Made by a program: the position numbers and the translations under genes
Notes under the pieces: generated by a model
Told to the model about the DNA's origin: nothing
Databases searched by the model: none
What the model saw: only the letters and a program-made list of their open reading frames with translations
Assembly: GCA_046726415.1 (NCBI GenBank)
Contig: JBKPAK010000194.1
Location: 1 to 29,098, forward strand
Length of the DNA: 29,098 nucleotides
From: Candidatus Methylomirabilota bacterium
GTDB taxonomy: Bacteria; Methylomirabilota; Methylomirabilia; Rokubacteriales; CSP1-6
Direction: 5' to 3'
Shown: piece by piece, positions 8,483-17,673 of the stretch
Position numbering within the stretch: position 1 is the first letter of the stretch
Layout: every line of letters begins with the position of its first letter

Positions 8483-9271
8483 ATGAACGAGAACGCCTAT
8501 CGGGTACGCGCCGAGCGAGGCGAAGTGCAGATCGGCACGTGGGTGACGATGATCCGGACGCCCGCGGTGCTGACCTTGCTCCAGGCGGCTGGCCTGGACT
8601 TCGCCCGGGTGGACATGGAGCATTCCCCGTTCTCGATGGAGACCGTGGCCGATATGGCCACCGTGGCGCGCGCCCTCAATTTCCCGCTGGTGGTCCGCCC
8701 GCCCGAGGGCAATCGCGAGTGGATCACCCGGCTTCTCGACGCCGGCGTGTGGAATCTCCACGTGCCGCAGGTCGACACGCCGGAGCAGGCGGCGGCAGTG
8801 GCTTCGTGCGCGCGCTACACGCCGGCGGGCGAGCGGGGCATGTACGGCTTCGGCCCGCACACCGAATACCGGACGCTGTCGCCGAGCGAGCACATGGCCA
8901 CCGCGAACGCCCGCGTGCACGTGACGGCCATGCTGGAGACGAAGCGCGCCTTCGACCGGCTTGACGAGATCGCCTCGGTGCCCGGCATCGATGCGCTGAC
9001 GATCGGGCCCACCGACCTGGCGCAAGACCTCGGCGTGCTCGGCGCGCCCGCCCAACGCCAGGTGCTGGACGAGCACCGGCGGCGGCTGGTGGAGGCGGCG
9101 CGGAAGCACGGCAAGGCCGTGGCGATGCTGACCGACACCGTGGATGGCGTGCGCCACATGGTCGCCCTGGGAGCGTCCATCATCAACTACTCGTCGGATG
9201 CGGCGGTGCTGCGCTCGAGCTACGCGTCGGTCGTCGACGAGATCCGCCGGGCGGCCGCCGCGCGCGGCTGA
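8483..9271 (+). CDS. HpcH/HpaI aldolase/citrate lyase family
   Basis: GGAGGAGG SD. GLDFARVDMEH, VVRPP, LDAG, RYTPAGERG, MLET and IGPTDL motifs. Confidence 0.93.
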   Translation: MNENAYRVRAERGEVQIGTWVTMIRTPAVLTLLQAAGLDFARVDMEHSPFSMETVADMATVARALNFPLVVRPPEGNREWITRLLDAGVWNLHVPQVDTPEQAAAVASCARYTPAGERGMYGFGPHTEYRTLSPSEHMATANARVHVTAMLETKRAFDRLDEIASVPGIDALTIGPTDLAQDLGVLGAPAQRQVLDEHRRRLVEAARKHGKAVAMLTDTVDGVRHMVALGASIINYSSDAAVLRSSYASVVDEIRRAAAARG

Positions 9272-9749
9272 GGGTCTTCCCGCGGTCCGGAACCGATGTC
9301 GCGGCGCCACGGCGTTCCGAAGGTGTCCCGGAATTCGCGCGTCAACCGGAACAGCGCCTTCGCCCCGCGGGCGGCCTCGAGCGCGTCGCTCCTCAGCGGA
9401 GGGGGGGGACCGACCGCCGCTCGAAGTCCGCAAAGCGCGGCGCGTGAGGATGGCAGCGCGTGCATCAGGGTGGAGCGCGAGGCTGATCTGGGGCGACGAC
9501 GGAAGCCGTGCTTTCATCGCTCATGTGCCCGCCGGCCGGGCGTTACTCCGGCGGCTATCTGCGCCGAGGCCGCGAAGACCGTCCATCCTCGCCCTTGTGG
9601 CGGGCCTGCTCGGCTCAGCTTCACCCGGGATTCAGGTCCCGCGGCGGGCACCGCCATGATACGCGCCTGAAAGCGGCATAGTATAGAGCCTGGAGGGTAC
9701 CCCAAAACCTATGCATTTCGACAGGGACACCACGGACGGCGACAGCCGG

Positions 9750-11081
9750 ATGGCGAACGCAGAAGGGCGCGAGGTAGCATTCGTAGCGAGCCTCGAGGCG
9801 CGAGCAGGCGAGATCGTCGAACGGTGCTCGCGCTGCGGCCGCTGCGTCGAGGTCTGTCCCACCGCCGGCCCGGCCGGCGTCGACCGCACAGATCCGGCGA
9901 GCGTCGTCGCGCAGGTCCTCGACCTGCTGCAGGGCATGGGCGATCCAGCCAGCCCGGGGGGGCGCTGGGCCGAGACGTGCACGGGCTCCGGCGCTTGCCG
10001 CCAGGCATGCGACGACGGCGTGAACCCGCGATTCATGCTGTCCCTCACCCGCGTGCGGCTGAACGAGCGGCAGGCCGCGGCGGAGCGGCGCGCCACCGGG
10101 CAGAAGGCCTTCAACGCCATGTCGCGCGGCGTGAAGGTCCTCTCGCGCCTTCAGCTGCCGGCCGAATTCGTGGCGCGCGTGACCCGGACCGCCCGGGCCG
10201 CGGGCACCGAGCGCCCCGACGTCGTGATGTACCTCGGCTGTAACGTTCTCAAGACCCCGCACATCGCGGTGCTCTGCCTCGAGGTGCTCGACCGGATCGG
10301 CACGCGCTACGCGGTCTTCGGCGGCCCCGCCAACTGCTGCGGGGTGATCCAGTTCCGCGCGGGCGACACGGCCACGGCTGGACGCCTTGGCAGCCGCACC
10401 GCGCTGGGTTTCGCGGCGACGGGAGCGCCGCGCGTCCTCACGTGGTGTCCAACCTGTAACATCCAGCTCGGCGAGATCGCCATGCCGGCTTTTGATCCGG
10501 GCTTCGCCCTCGAGCACGTGGTCCCATACATTGCCGATCGACTCGATCGACTCTCCCCGCACTTCGTGCGCCCGGTGCGGCGCCGCGTGGCCCTCCACGA
10601 GCATCCCGGCGTCCCCGGCGTCACCGAGGGCGTCGTGAAGATCCTCGGCGCCATTCCCGGCATCGAACTGGTCGACCTCGCCCAGCCGCGGGTCGGCTAT
10701 ATGTGCAACTCGCTGGCGCCCGTCCCCGCATACAAGCGCGAGCTGCACGCGCGGGAGCTGGCGGCGGCCGAGGCGGCCGGCGTGGACGCGCTCGTCGGCA
10801 TCTATCACGCATGCCACCGCGAGCTGTGCGCCCACGAGGCGACATTGCCTTTCCGGATCGTGAATTTTTTGGAGCTGGTCGGCGAGGCCATGGGCGTCGA
10901 GCGCCCGGATCTCTTCAAGCAGTGGAAGATGATGCAGGACGTCGACCGGGTGCTGGCCGAGATCGGCGATCAGGTGGATCGCGACGGGCTCGACCCGGAG
11001 GCGGTGCGCGAGGTGATGGTTGCCAGCATCCTCGGCGAGCAGCCGCTGCCGCTCACCCCTCCGCGCTTCTTCTCCGAGTGA
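9750..11081 (+). CDS. (Fe-S)-binding oxidoreductase, GlpC/HdrD-like (ferredoxin plus CCG domains)
   Basis: CSRCGRCVEVCP, second motif CTGSGACRQAC, YLGC, NCCG, CPTC and YHACH. Start uncertain (9711 or 9750). Confidence 0.88.
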   Translation: MANAEGREVAFVASLEARAGEIVERCSRCGRCVEVCPTAGPAGVDRTDPASVVAQVLDLLQGMGDPASPGGRWAETCTGSGACRQACDDGVNPRFMLSLTRVRLNERQAAAERRATGQKAFNAMSRGVKVLSRLQLPAEFVARVTRTARAAGTERPDVVMYLGCNVLKTPHIAVLCLEVLDRIGTRYAVFGGPANCCGVIQFRAGDTATAGRLGSRTALGFAATGAPRVLTWCPTCNIQLGEIAMPAFDPGFALEHVVPYIADRLDRLSPHFVRPVRRRVALHEHPGVPGVTEGVVKILGAIPGIELVDLAQPRVGYMCNSLAPVPAYKRELHARELAAAEAAGVDALVGIYHACHRELCAHEATLPFRIVNFLELVGEAMGVERPDLFKQWKMMQDVDRVLAEIGDQVDRDGLDPEAVREVMVASILGEQPLPLTPPRFFSE

Positions 11082-11168
11082 GCCGCGGCTGAACTCCCGA
11101 CCGATCGGCGAGCGGCAGGACGATCGGCTCCATGCCGGCCGATGATGGCGCCGCCGGCGGCTTGCGCC

Positions 11169-12020
11169 TCAGGCTGGCGGAGTGTCCGATCGAGACGTGA
11201 GCAGCGCATATGCATCGGTGAGGCGTGGCGGTACGGGCCGGGCGTCCGGAGGCGGGCGGCCCACCAGCCGCACATGAAGGTGCTCCCCGTCGCGCTCGGC
11301 CGATACGATGTCCCAGCTCTTCTCGGACGGGATCATCTGCAGGCGGAGCGACGCCTCGAACACGTGTCCGGCGGCCCGTCGTGTGATCTCCGCCGGGCTC
11401 CCCGATGCCACGGCCCCACCCCGGACCAGAATGAGGATCTGATCACAGATCGCCGCCGCTTCCTCGGGGTGATGCGTCGAGAACACGATGGTGGTGAGAC
11501 TGCGCAGCCGGTCCAGCAGACGGAGCACACGGAAGCGCTCCCGGACGTCGAGGGCCGTCATCGGTTCGTCCAGCAGCAGGAGTCGGGGCGTGTGAACCAT
11601 GGCATACGCGATGCGCGCTTTCTGCTTCATTCCTGCGGAGTATCCGGTGGCGCTGCGATCGTCTTCTCCTAGGCCGAGTGCGTCCAGGAACCGTTGGGGA
11701 TAGTCGGACGGCGCGGCGCCCTTGAGCGCTAGAGCCAGCGACAGTGTGTCCTTTGGCCGCTGAAAGAAGGGGAAGGCGGCGGTGTCCTGCGGCACGTATG
11801 CGATATCCCGCTTTCGCCCGACCCGGACCAGCTCCCCGTCGATCCACATTTCGCCGGCGGACGGCGGCACGAGGCCCGCGATCACCTGCAGGAGCGAGGT
11901 CTTGCCCGACGCGGTGGCTCCGAGCACACCGATGACGCGCCCCTGCACATCGGCCGTGAGATCGCGCAAGGCGACGACGCGGCTGTAGCTGAGCGACAGA
12001 TGCCGCATTTCGATTCTCAC
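11169..12020 (-). CDS. ABC transporter ATP-binding protein (ABC-2/export type)
   Basis: Walker A GATASGKT, Q-loop YVPQ, signature YSAGMKQK, Walker B LLLLDEP and H-loop STHH. Confidence 0.9.
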   Translation of the reverse strand: MRIEMRHLSLSYSRVVALRDLTADVQGRVIGVLGATASGKTSLLQVIAGLVPPSAGEMWIDGELVRVGRKRDIAYVPQDTAAFPFFQRPKDTLSLALALKGAAPSDYPQRFLDALGLGEDDRSATGYSAGMKQKARIAYAMVHTPRLLLLDEPMTALDVRERFRVLRLLDRLRSLTTIVFSTHHPEEAAAICDQILILVRGGAVASGSPAEITRRAAGHVFEASLRLQMIPSEKSWDIVSAERDGEHLHVRLVGRPPPDARPVPPRLTDAYALLTSRSDTPPA

Positions 12021-12202
12021 GGGCAGCGCTCGGGGAGGGACCTGCGCCTCGCGGCCGTCTTGCCGAGGCCGTGCCTCTTCACCGCGCGTGGGAATCCCTC
12101 GCCTTGGTCACGCGCGCGCCTCCTGGGGTTCGGATGTAGCGCAATCGGTGAGCCCGAGCAAGCCCATTCTGCCGCGAGCCAACGTGGCGCCGGTCAAACG
12201 CC

Positions 12203-12219
12203 GGGGCCTTCGAGGCCCC
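12203..12219. repeat. Short GC palindrome/hairpin
   Basis: GGGGCCT-tcg-AGGCCCC in a divergent intergenic region. Confidence 0.4.
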
Positions 12220-12273
12220 CTTGTCCCCAGTAGTAGAATCCAGGCGCCGCCGCGGCGGCCCAGAGATGTCGAT

Positions 12274-12420
12274 ATGGCCAATCCGGTCCTGATCCTGTTT
12301 CGGATCTACGATCGCGCCGAGCCCCTGCGCAGGTGGGTCGAGACGGAACTCGCGGTGGCCGCCACCACGCCGATCGAGCGGACCGTTGGATGGCCCCGCC
12401 ACTGGCCCGGGACCGCGTGA
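12274..12420 (+). CDS. Small ORF (48 aa), hypothetical or gene remnant
   Basis: MANPVLILFRIYDRAEPLRRWVETELAVAATT..., GC3-rich codons in the first half, TAGAAT at 12234-12239 upstream, ends 24 bp before the monooxygenase gene. Confidence 0.35.
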   Translation: MANPVLILFRIYDRAEPLRRWVETELAVAATTPIERTVGWPRHWPGTA

Positions 12421-12444
12421 GACTCGCCAAGGGATAGCGCCGCG

Positions 12445-13758
12445 ATGCCTCGGAAGATGCACTTCGCGCAGTACCTGATGCACAGTCCGACGTATCACAG
12501 CATCGCCATGTGGCGCCATCCCCGCACCGACCGGAGCTACGACTGGCGGCACCCCGAGCTCTACCAGCACATCGCCCAGGTGTGCGAGCGGGGCAAGCTC
12601 GACATGGTCTTCTTCGCGGACTTCAACTACATCTTCGATCGCTACCAGGGCTCGCCGGACATGGCCCTCCGCTACGCCACCCAAACGCCCATGCACGATC
12701 CCGTGCCCCTGCTGTCCTGGATGGCGGCCGCCACCACTCGGATCGGCCTCGCCACCACGTTCGCGGTGAGCCACCAGCACCCGTTCTACGTGGCGCGCCT
12801 CTTCGCGACCCTCGATCACCTGACGCGGGGCCGGGTAGGCTGGAACATCGTCACCTTCGCCAACCGCCACGAGACGACGAAGGACTATCCCGAACCGGCG
12901 GAACACGATGCGCGGTACGAACGGGCGGACGAGTTCGTCGAAGTTTGCCACCGGCTGTGGCAGAGCTGGGATGATGACGCCCTGGTGATGGATCGCGGGG
13001 CGGGCATCTTCGCCGATCCCGAGCGAATCCACAAGGTCGACCATGACGGGCGCTTCTTCCGCTCGCGCGGACCTCTGCACGTGACGCCGTCACCGCAGCG
13101 CCGCCCGGTGATCATCCAGGCCGGCGCCTCCGGGCGCGGCCGCGATTTTGCCGCCAAGCACGCCGAGGTGATCTTTGCCATCCAGCCCTTCGTGGAGGGC
13201 GCCACGGCCTACTATCGCGACGTCAAGAACCGCATGGTCGAGCTGGGCCGCCGCCCGGGGGACTGCAAGATCCTCTTCGGAGTGCAGATCTTCGTGGCCG
13301 AGACCCCGCCGGCGGCCCGTGAGCAGCAAGAGCTCCACAACAGCCTGGTCCCGCTGGAGGGGGCGGTGGCTCACCTCTCGGGCGCGCTCGACACGGATCT
13401 CTCCACTCTTCCGCTCGACACGGTGATGAAGCCATTCGAAGCGACCCGGTCGCAGGGCGTGGTCGACATGTACACGCGGGTGGCCGGTCGAACGCTGACC
13501 CTCCGCGAGATGGCCCTGCGCCATGGTCAGAGCGTCGGGTTCCCTCAGCTCGTGGGCACGCCCGAGCAGGTGGCCGACCAGCTCGAGGCCTACTACGAGC
13601 GGGCCGGCGGCGACGGTTTCATGCTCACGATGGCCTACACGCCGGGCGCGGTCGAGGAGTTCGTCTCCCTGATCGTGCCAGTGCTCCAGGGCCGTGGCCG
13701 GCTGCGCACGGACTACCGCGGCGCGACGCTGCGAGATATCCTGCACGAGGACGACTGA
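12445..13758 (+). CDS. LLM-class FMN-dependent monooxygenase, NtaA/DmoA/DszA family
   Basis: WRHP, ERGKLDMVFFAD, ARLFATLDHLTRGRVGWNIVT, SPQRRPVIIQAGAS.RGRDFAA and Y.G.TLR motifs. Confidence 0.95.
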   Translation: MPRKMHFAQYLMHSPTYHSIAMWRHPRTDRSYDWRHPELYQHIAQVCERGKLDMVFFADFNYIFDRYQGSPDMALRYATQTPMHDPVPLLSWMAAATTRIGLATTFAVSHQHPFYVARLFATLDHLTRGRVGWNIVTFANRHETTKDYPEPAEHDARYERADEFVEVCHRLWQSWDDDALVMDRGAGIFADPERIHKVDHDGRFFRSRGPLHVTPSPQRRPVIIQAGASGRGRDFAAKHAEVIFAIQPFVEGATAYYRDVKNRMVELGRRPGDCKILFGVQIFVAETPPAAREQQELHNSLVPLEGAVAHLSGALDTDLSTLPLDTVMKPFEATRSQGVVDMYTRVAGRTLTLREMALRHGQSVGFPQLVGTPEQVADQLEAYYERAGGDGFMLTMAYTPGAVEEFVSLIVPVLQGRGRLRTDYRGATLRDILHEDD

Positions 13759-13792
13759 GAAGACGGAAGGAGCCCGCGATGAGGAGGGTGAC

Positions 13793-14701
13793 GTGGCGAC
13801 GATAGAGCCGACCGGCCCGATCCTGGGAGCGACCGTGCGGGGTGTGGACCTGTCGCAACCCCTAAGCCACGACAACTTCGGAACGATCCTCCTCGCCCTC
13901 GGCCGTCACGGCGTGCTGCGCTTCCCGGATCAGCGGCTCGACGCGATCGCGCTTCGGGACTTCTCGCAGCGCTTCGGCCGCATCCAGGCCATGCTCACCG
14001 GGTTTCACGAGCCGGGGATTCCCGAGGTCGGGATCCTCTCGAACGTCATCGAGAACGGAAGGCCGATCGGCCTGGCCGACGCCGGGCAGGACTGGCACAC
14101 GGACATGTCCTACAACCCGACCATCGGATTCCTCAACGTGCTGTATGCCGTGACGGTGCCCCGCCGCAACGGCGAGGTCCTCGGCGCGACGGCCTTCGTG
14201 AATACGCAGGCGGCATACGACGATCTGCCATCGCAGATCAAGGCCCGGCTCCGGGACGCGACGGCGACCCACGACTTCAACAAGTTTTGGGAAAACATGC
14301 GCCGCCGACCCGGCAGCCCGCGCCCGCCGTTGTCGGATGAGCGGCGCCGGGAGCGACCGCCCTCTGTCCACCCCCTCTTCCTGACCCACCCGATCACCGG
14401 GCGGACGGTCCTCTACTGCAATCCCGGCTACGCCATCCGCATCAACGAGGTCGACGAGGCGGAGAGCGATCGCTTGCTGGCCATGCTCTTCGAGCACCAG
14501 CTGCAGGCAAAGTACCAGTACCTCCACCGATGGACGGAGGGGGACGTGCTGGTCTGGGACCACATCGGGACGCTCCACAACGCCATCGCCGACTACGGAC
14601 CGGACGAGCATCGGCTCATGAAACGCTGCCAGGTGGTGGCCGACCGGATCTTCGACCCGGACTTCCTACGTGCGGCCCTGCCGGCGATGGCCACTCGCTA
14701 G
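13793..14701 (+). CDS. TauD/TfdA family dioxygenase (second paralog), 302 aa
   Basis: GAGGAGG SD before GTG 13793. LGATVRGVDL, WHTD, HPLFLTHPITG, WDHIGTLH and R motifs. Confidence 0.93.
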   Translation: MATIEPTGPILGATVRGVDLSQPLSHDNFGTILLALGRHGVLRFPDQRLDAIALRDFSQRFGRIQAMLTGFHEPGIPEVGILSNVIENGRPIGLADAGQDWHTDMSYNPTIGFLNVLYAVTVPRRNGEVLGATAFVNTQAAYDDLPSQIKARLRDATATHDFNKFWENMRRRPGSPRPPLSDERRRERPPSVHPLFLTHPITGRTVLYCNPGYAIRINEVDEAESDRLLAMLFEHQLQAKYQYLHRWTEGDVLVWDHIGTLHNAIADYGPDEHRLMKRCQVVADRIFDPDFLRAALPAMATR

Positions 14702-14762
14702 GGCTCACCACGGATGTCTGGCCGCCTCCCCGACCGATCATCGTTCCCATACTGAGCGTGGG

Positions 14763-15806
14763 ATGAAGATTCTGGCCAACGCCAGGAACCAGGCGCAGAG
14801 CTTTGAAAGCGAGCCCCGCGAGAAGATCCTCGACGCCGGGCTGCGCCGTGGCATCGCCCTCCCCTACGAGTGCGGGAGCGGGACGTGCGGCACCTGCCGG
14901 GCCCGGCTCATCAGCGGCGACATCGAAGACGAATGGCCGGAAGCGCCGGGGAGCCTCAAGCTCAAGCGCGACACGGGCGAGTTCCTCATGTGCCAGTGCG
15001 TGGCCCTGGGGGACTGCGTCCTGGACGTGCCGGCGAAGGTGGCGCTGATGCCAGAGGACGCCTGCCGGCCCGGCGATCTCACCGGGGTCGTGCGGGAATG
15101 GACGCCGCTCACCCACGACGTGGTGTGCATCGACCTCGACCTCGACCGCCCCCTTCACTTCGAGGCCGGTCAGTTCGTACTGATGGGGGTGGATGGCATC
15201 GGTGGCCGGCGGGCGTACTCGATGGTGAACTACGACCGCCCGGCATGGCGCCTTCGTTTCGTGGTCAAGAAGAAGCCCGGCGGGCGCGTGAGCGAGTGGC
15301 TCTTCGGCTCACGGATCTCCGGGACGACGGTGACCTTGTTCGGGCCCCTGGGTGGGGCGACCTTCACCCCCGACCTGGCCAAGCACCTCCTCTGCGTGGC
15401 CGGCGGCAGCGGCATCGCCGGGCTGATGTCGATCCTGGCCCGGGCGTGCGCGGAGAGGCACTTCGAGCGGTACCGCGGTGACGTTTTCTTCGGCGTGCGC
15501 ACGACCAAGGATCTCTTCTTCCTCGGCGAGCTGTCGGCCTTCAAGGCCCGGTTCCCCGACGCCCTGGAGATCACCCTCGCCCTGTCCGACGAGGATGTTC
15601 CGGAGGCGCTGCGGGCGCGCCACCCTGAATTCGCGTTTGACACGGGCCTCGTCCACGAGGTGGCGTCCCGCCACATGACGGGAAAGTTCAACGGGGTGCG
15701 AGCGTACGTGGCCGGGCCCCCGCCCATGGTCGATGGATCAATCCGGATGCTGCTCAAGGAAGCGCGACTGGCGCCGAGCGATATTCGCTACGACAAGTTC
15801 AGCTGA
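14763..15806 (+). CDS. 2Fe-2S/FAD/NAD(P)H oxidoreductase (TmoF/DmpP-like monooxygenase reductase), 347 aa
   Basis: C.SG.CG.C...C plant-type ferredoxin domain, RAYSM FAD motif, AGGSGIAG, AGPPPMV and terminal DKF. Confidence 0.92.
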   Translation: MKILANARNQAQSFESEPREKILDAGLRRGIALPYECGSGTCGTCRARLISGDIEDEWPEAPGSLKLKRDTGEFLMCQCVALGDCVLDVPAKVALMPEDACRPGDLTGVVREWTPLTHDVVCIDLDLDRPLHFEAGQFVLMGVDGIGGRRAYSMVNYDRPAWRLRFVVKKKPGGRVSEWLFGSRISGTTVTLFGPLGGATFTPDLAKHLLCVAGGSGIAGLMSILARACAERHFERYRGDVFFGVRTTKDLFFLGELSAFKARFPDALEITLALSDEDVPEALRARHPEFAFDTGLVHEVASRHMTGKFNGVRAYVAGPPPMVDGSIRMLLKEARLAPSDIRYDKFS

Positions 15807-15821
15807 AAGGTGGAGACGCCC

Positions 15822-16142
15822 ATGTGGAAGCGCGTCTGTCGGCCGGACGAGATTCCGGCGAATGGGTTGAAGCAAGTCGCGGTCGAAGGAGGACCGACGG
15901 TCGTGATCGCCAACGCGGGGGAGGAATTCTTCGCGTGCCAGGAGCTCTGTCCGCACGAGGCGGTTCCGCTGGCGGACGGGGTCCACGACGGCTCGGTGCT
16001 CACTTGTCTTGAGCACCTCTGGCAGTTCGATCTCCGCACCGGCGCCCCGATGGGGGACGCCGAGGCGCCGATGACGACGTACAAGCTCAAGCGCGAGGGC
16101 GGCGAGCTGTACGTATGGGTGGAGCCGGCACCAGAGCCGTAG
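15822..16142 (+). CDS. Rieske [2Fe-2S] ferredoxin (TmoC-like), 106 aa
   Basis: CPH...CLEHLWQFD Rieske ligands. GGAG SD before ATG 15822. Confidence 0.92.
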   Translation: MWKRVCRPDEIPANGLKQVAVEGGPTVVIANAGEEFFACQELCPHEAVPLADGVHDGSVLTCLEHLWQFDLRTGAPMGDAEAPMTTYKLKREGGELYVWVEPAPEP

Positions 16143-16212
16143 CGACCGGCCACAGGGTGGCCGTGCGAGCCGAGCACGGACTGGGGCGGGGACGCCAGCG
16201 CGCGAGGCGCGG

Positions 16213-16761
16213 CTATGAAACTTGGAGCACCTCCGCCCCCGGGCCGGCTTCCAGCTCGCAGGCGTTCACCGTCATGGCCAGCATGGTGTAGTAGCCGATG
16301 GCGCCCGTGAGTTCGATGAGCCCGCCGTCGCCGAATCGCTGCCGCAGCGCCTGGACGGTGGCATCGTCCACCCGGTGCTGGTGGATCAGGCGCCGGGTGA
16401 AGTCGATGATCTGCGCATCTTCGGCGGGAACGCCGCGCGTGTGCTTGTCTCGGATGGCCGCGATGGTGGAGTCCGGCACGCCCTGACGGCGGGCGTTGCC
16501 CGTCTGGGCGCCCCACACGTACACCGCGTCGAACTCACGCGCCACCGCCATGGCGGCCAGGACGCGCACCCGCATGTCGAGGCCGCCCTCGAAGCGGACG
16601 TAGGCCCCCAGGTGAGCGACGCGCCCCGCCAGCTCCGGGGCGTGGAGGAACATCGAAAAGGGGCCCTGCAGCGCGCCGCGGCTCTTGACGATGCCGTCGA
16701 CGATCGCCTGAGCCTCGGGTGCGACCTGACTCTTGCTGGTGATGGGGGTAAGCCTTGCCAT
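16213..16761 (-). CDS. Carboxymuconolactone decarboxylase/AhpD-like protein
   Basis: GAGGAGG SD. SRG...GPF...LHAPELA......LG.YVRF and LIEL...IGYY motifs. Confidence 0.88.
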   Translation of the reverse strand: MARLTPITSKSQVAPEAQAIVDGIVKSRGALQGPFSMFLHAPELAGRVAHLGAYVRFEGGLDMRVRVLAAMAVAREFDAVYVWGAQTGNARRQGVPDSTIAAIRDKHTRGVPAEDAQIIDFTRRLIHQHRVDDATVQALRQRFGDGGLIELTGAIGYYTMLAMTVNACELEAGPGAEVLQVS

Positions 16762-16827
16762 ATCCCGCCCTCCTCGCTGGGTCTCATCGTTTTCGCCCCG
16801 CCGCTCATCGACTGCGTCCAGGCGGAC

Positions 16828-17478
16828 TCACGGTCGCTTCAGTTTGAGGTCCTCGTAGGGCGCCGAGTAAGCATAGCCTCTGATCAGGTTGATGCCGGGC
16901 TCCTCCACGCGCGGACCGACGCCCCAGATGAACGCCAGCTCGTAGATCGGAATCTGCATCACTCGATCGTGGAGGATCTGCTGGATCTGGTAGAGCAACG
17001 CCTCGCGCTTCTTGGCATCCAGTTCACGCGCCTGGCGCTGGAAGAGATCCTCCACCTCGACGATGTGCACCTCCTTCACCCGCTCCTTCAGCAGCTTGGC
17101 CGCAGCGCCGCGGTAGCGCTCGAAGGAAAACTTCACGTCCTCGGCCGTCACCGGCTCCCCGTTGTGGAACTTCACGCCCTTGCGGAGCACGAACTCGAAG
17201 GTCAGCCCGTCCTTCGACTGGCTCCACGACTCGGCGAGGCTCGGGGTGTTCGCTCCTGCCGGCATCGGCTTCACCAGCGCGTCGTGGAGGGCGTAGAGGA
17301 CCATGAACGGCGTGATGATGCCCTCGGTCTCGGCGGGGTCGAGCCAGCGGGAGGCCAGCGTGATGTGGACGCCCCACGTCATCGTGCCCTCCGGCGCGGC
17401 TACCGCCGCGGCCGAGGGTTCGAGGAGCAGCAGGAACGCCAGAAACAGGACGCGGAGGCCCACGGTCAGTCGTCGCAT
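16828..17478 (-). pseudogene. Family-5 ABC substrate-binding protein with a large in-frame internal deletion (216 aa)
   Basis: Signal peptide plus LAESW.....GLTFEFVLRKGVKFHNGEPVTAEDVKFSF (N-terminal signature) joined directly at about 17058 to DLFQRQARELDAKKREALLYQIQQIL (C-terminal part). The family norm is about 500 aa. Confidence 0.85.
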
Positions 17479-17673
17479 CGGGTCGGCTCCTCTCCGGAGT
17501 TGGTGGTGGCAGCATTCCGACGCCACCACCCCATTGCTGTCAAGCGAAAGCGCTGACCGTGGCCGCACTACCCCCGCCCTCCGGATCGGTCTATGCTGAT
17601 CCGCATACCACCAGGCTGGGTCGAGGGCCCTGGCGTCGCGGGCAACCCGTCCCACTCGAGGAGGGCGCGAACG

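Noticed and set aside
8093-9517. 474-aa minus-strand ORF and the many other long Arg/Pro/Ala-rich ORFs
   Set aside because: These are shadow frames of high-GC genes with no family motifs. Only the 8283-8365 segment was kept, as a remnant.
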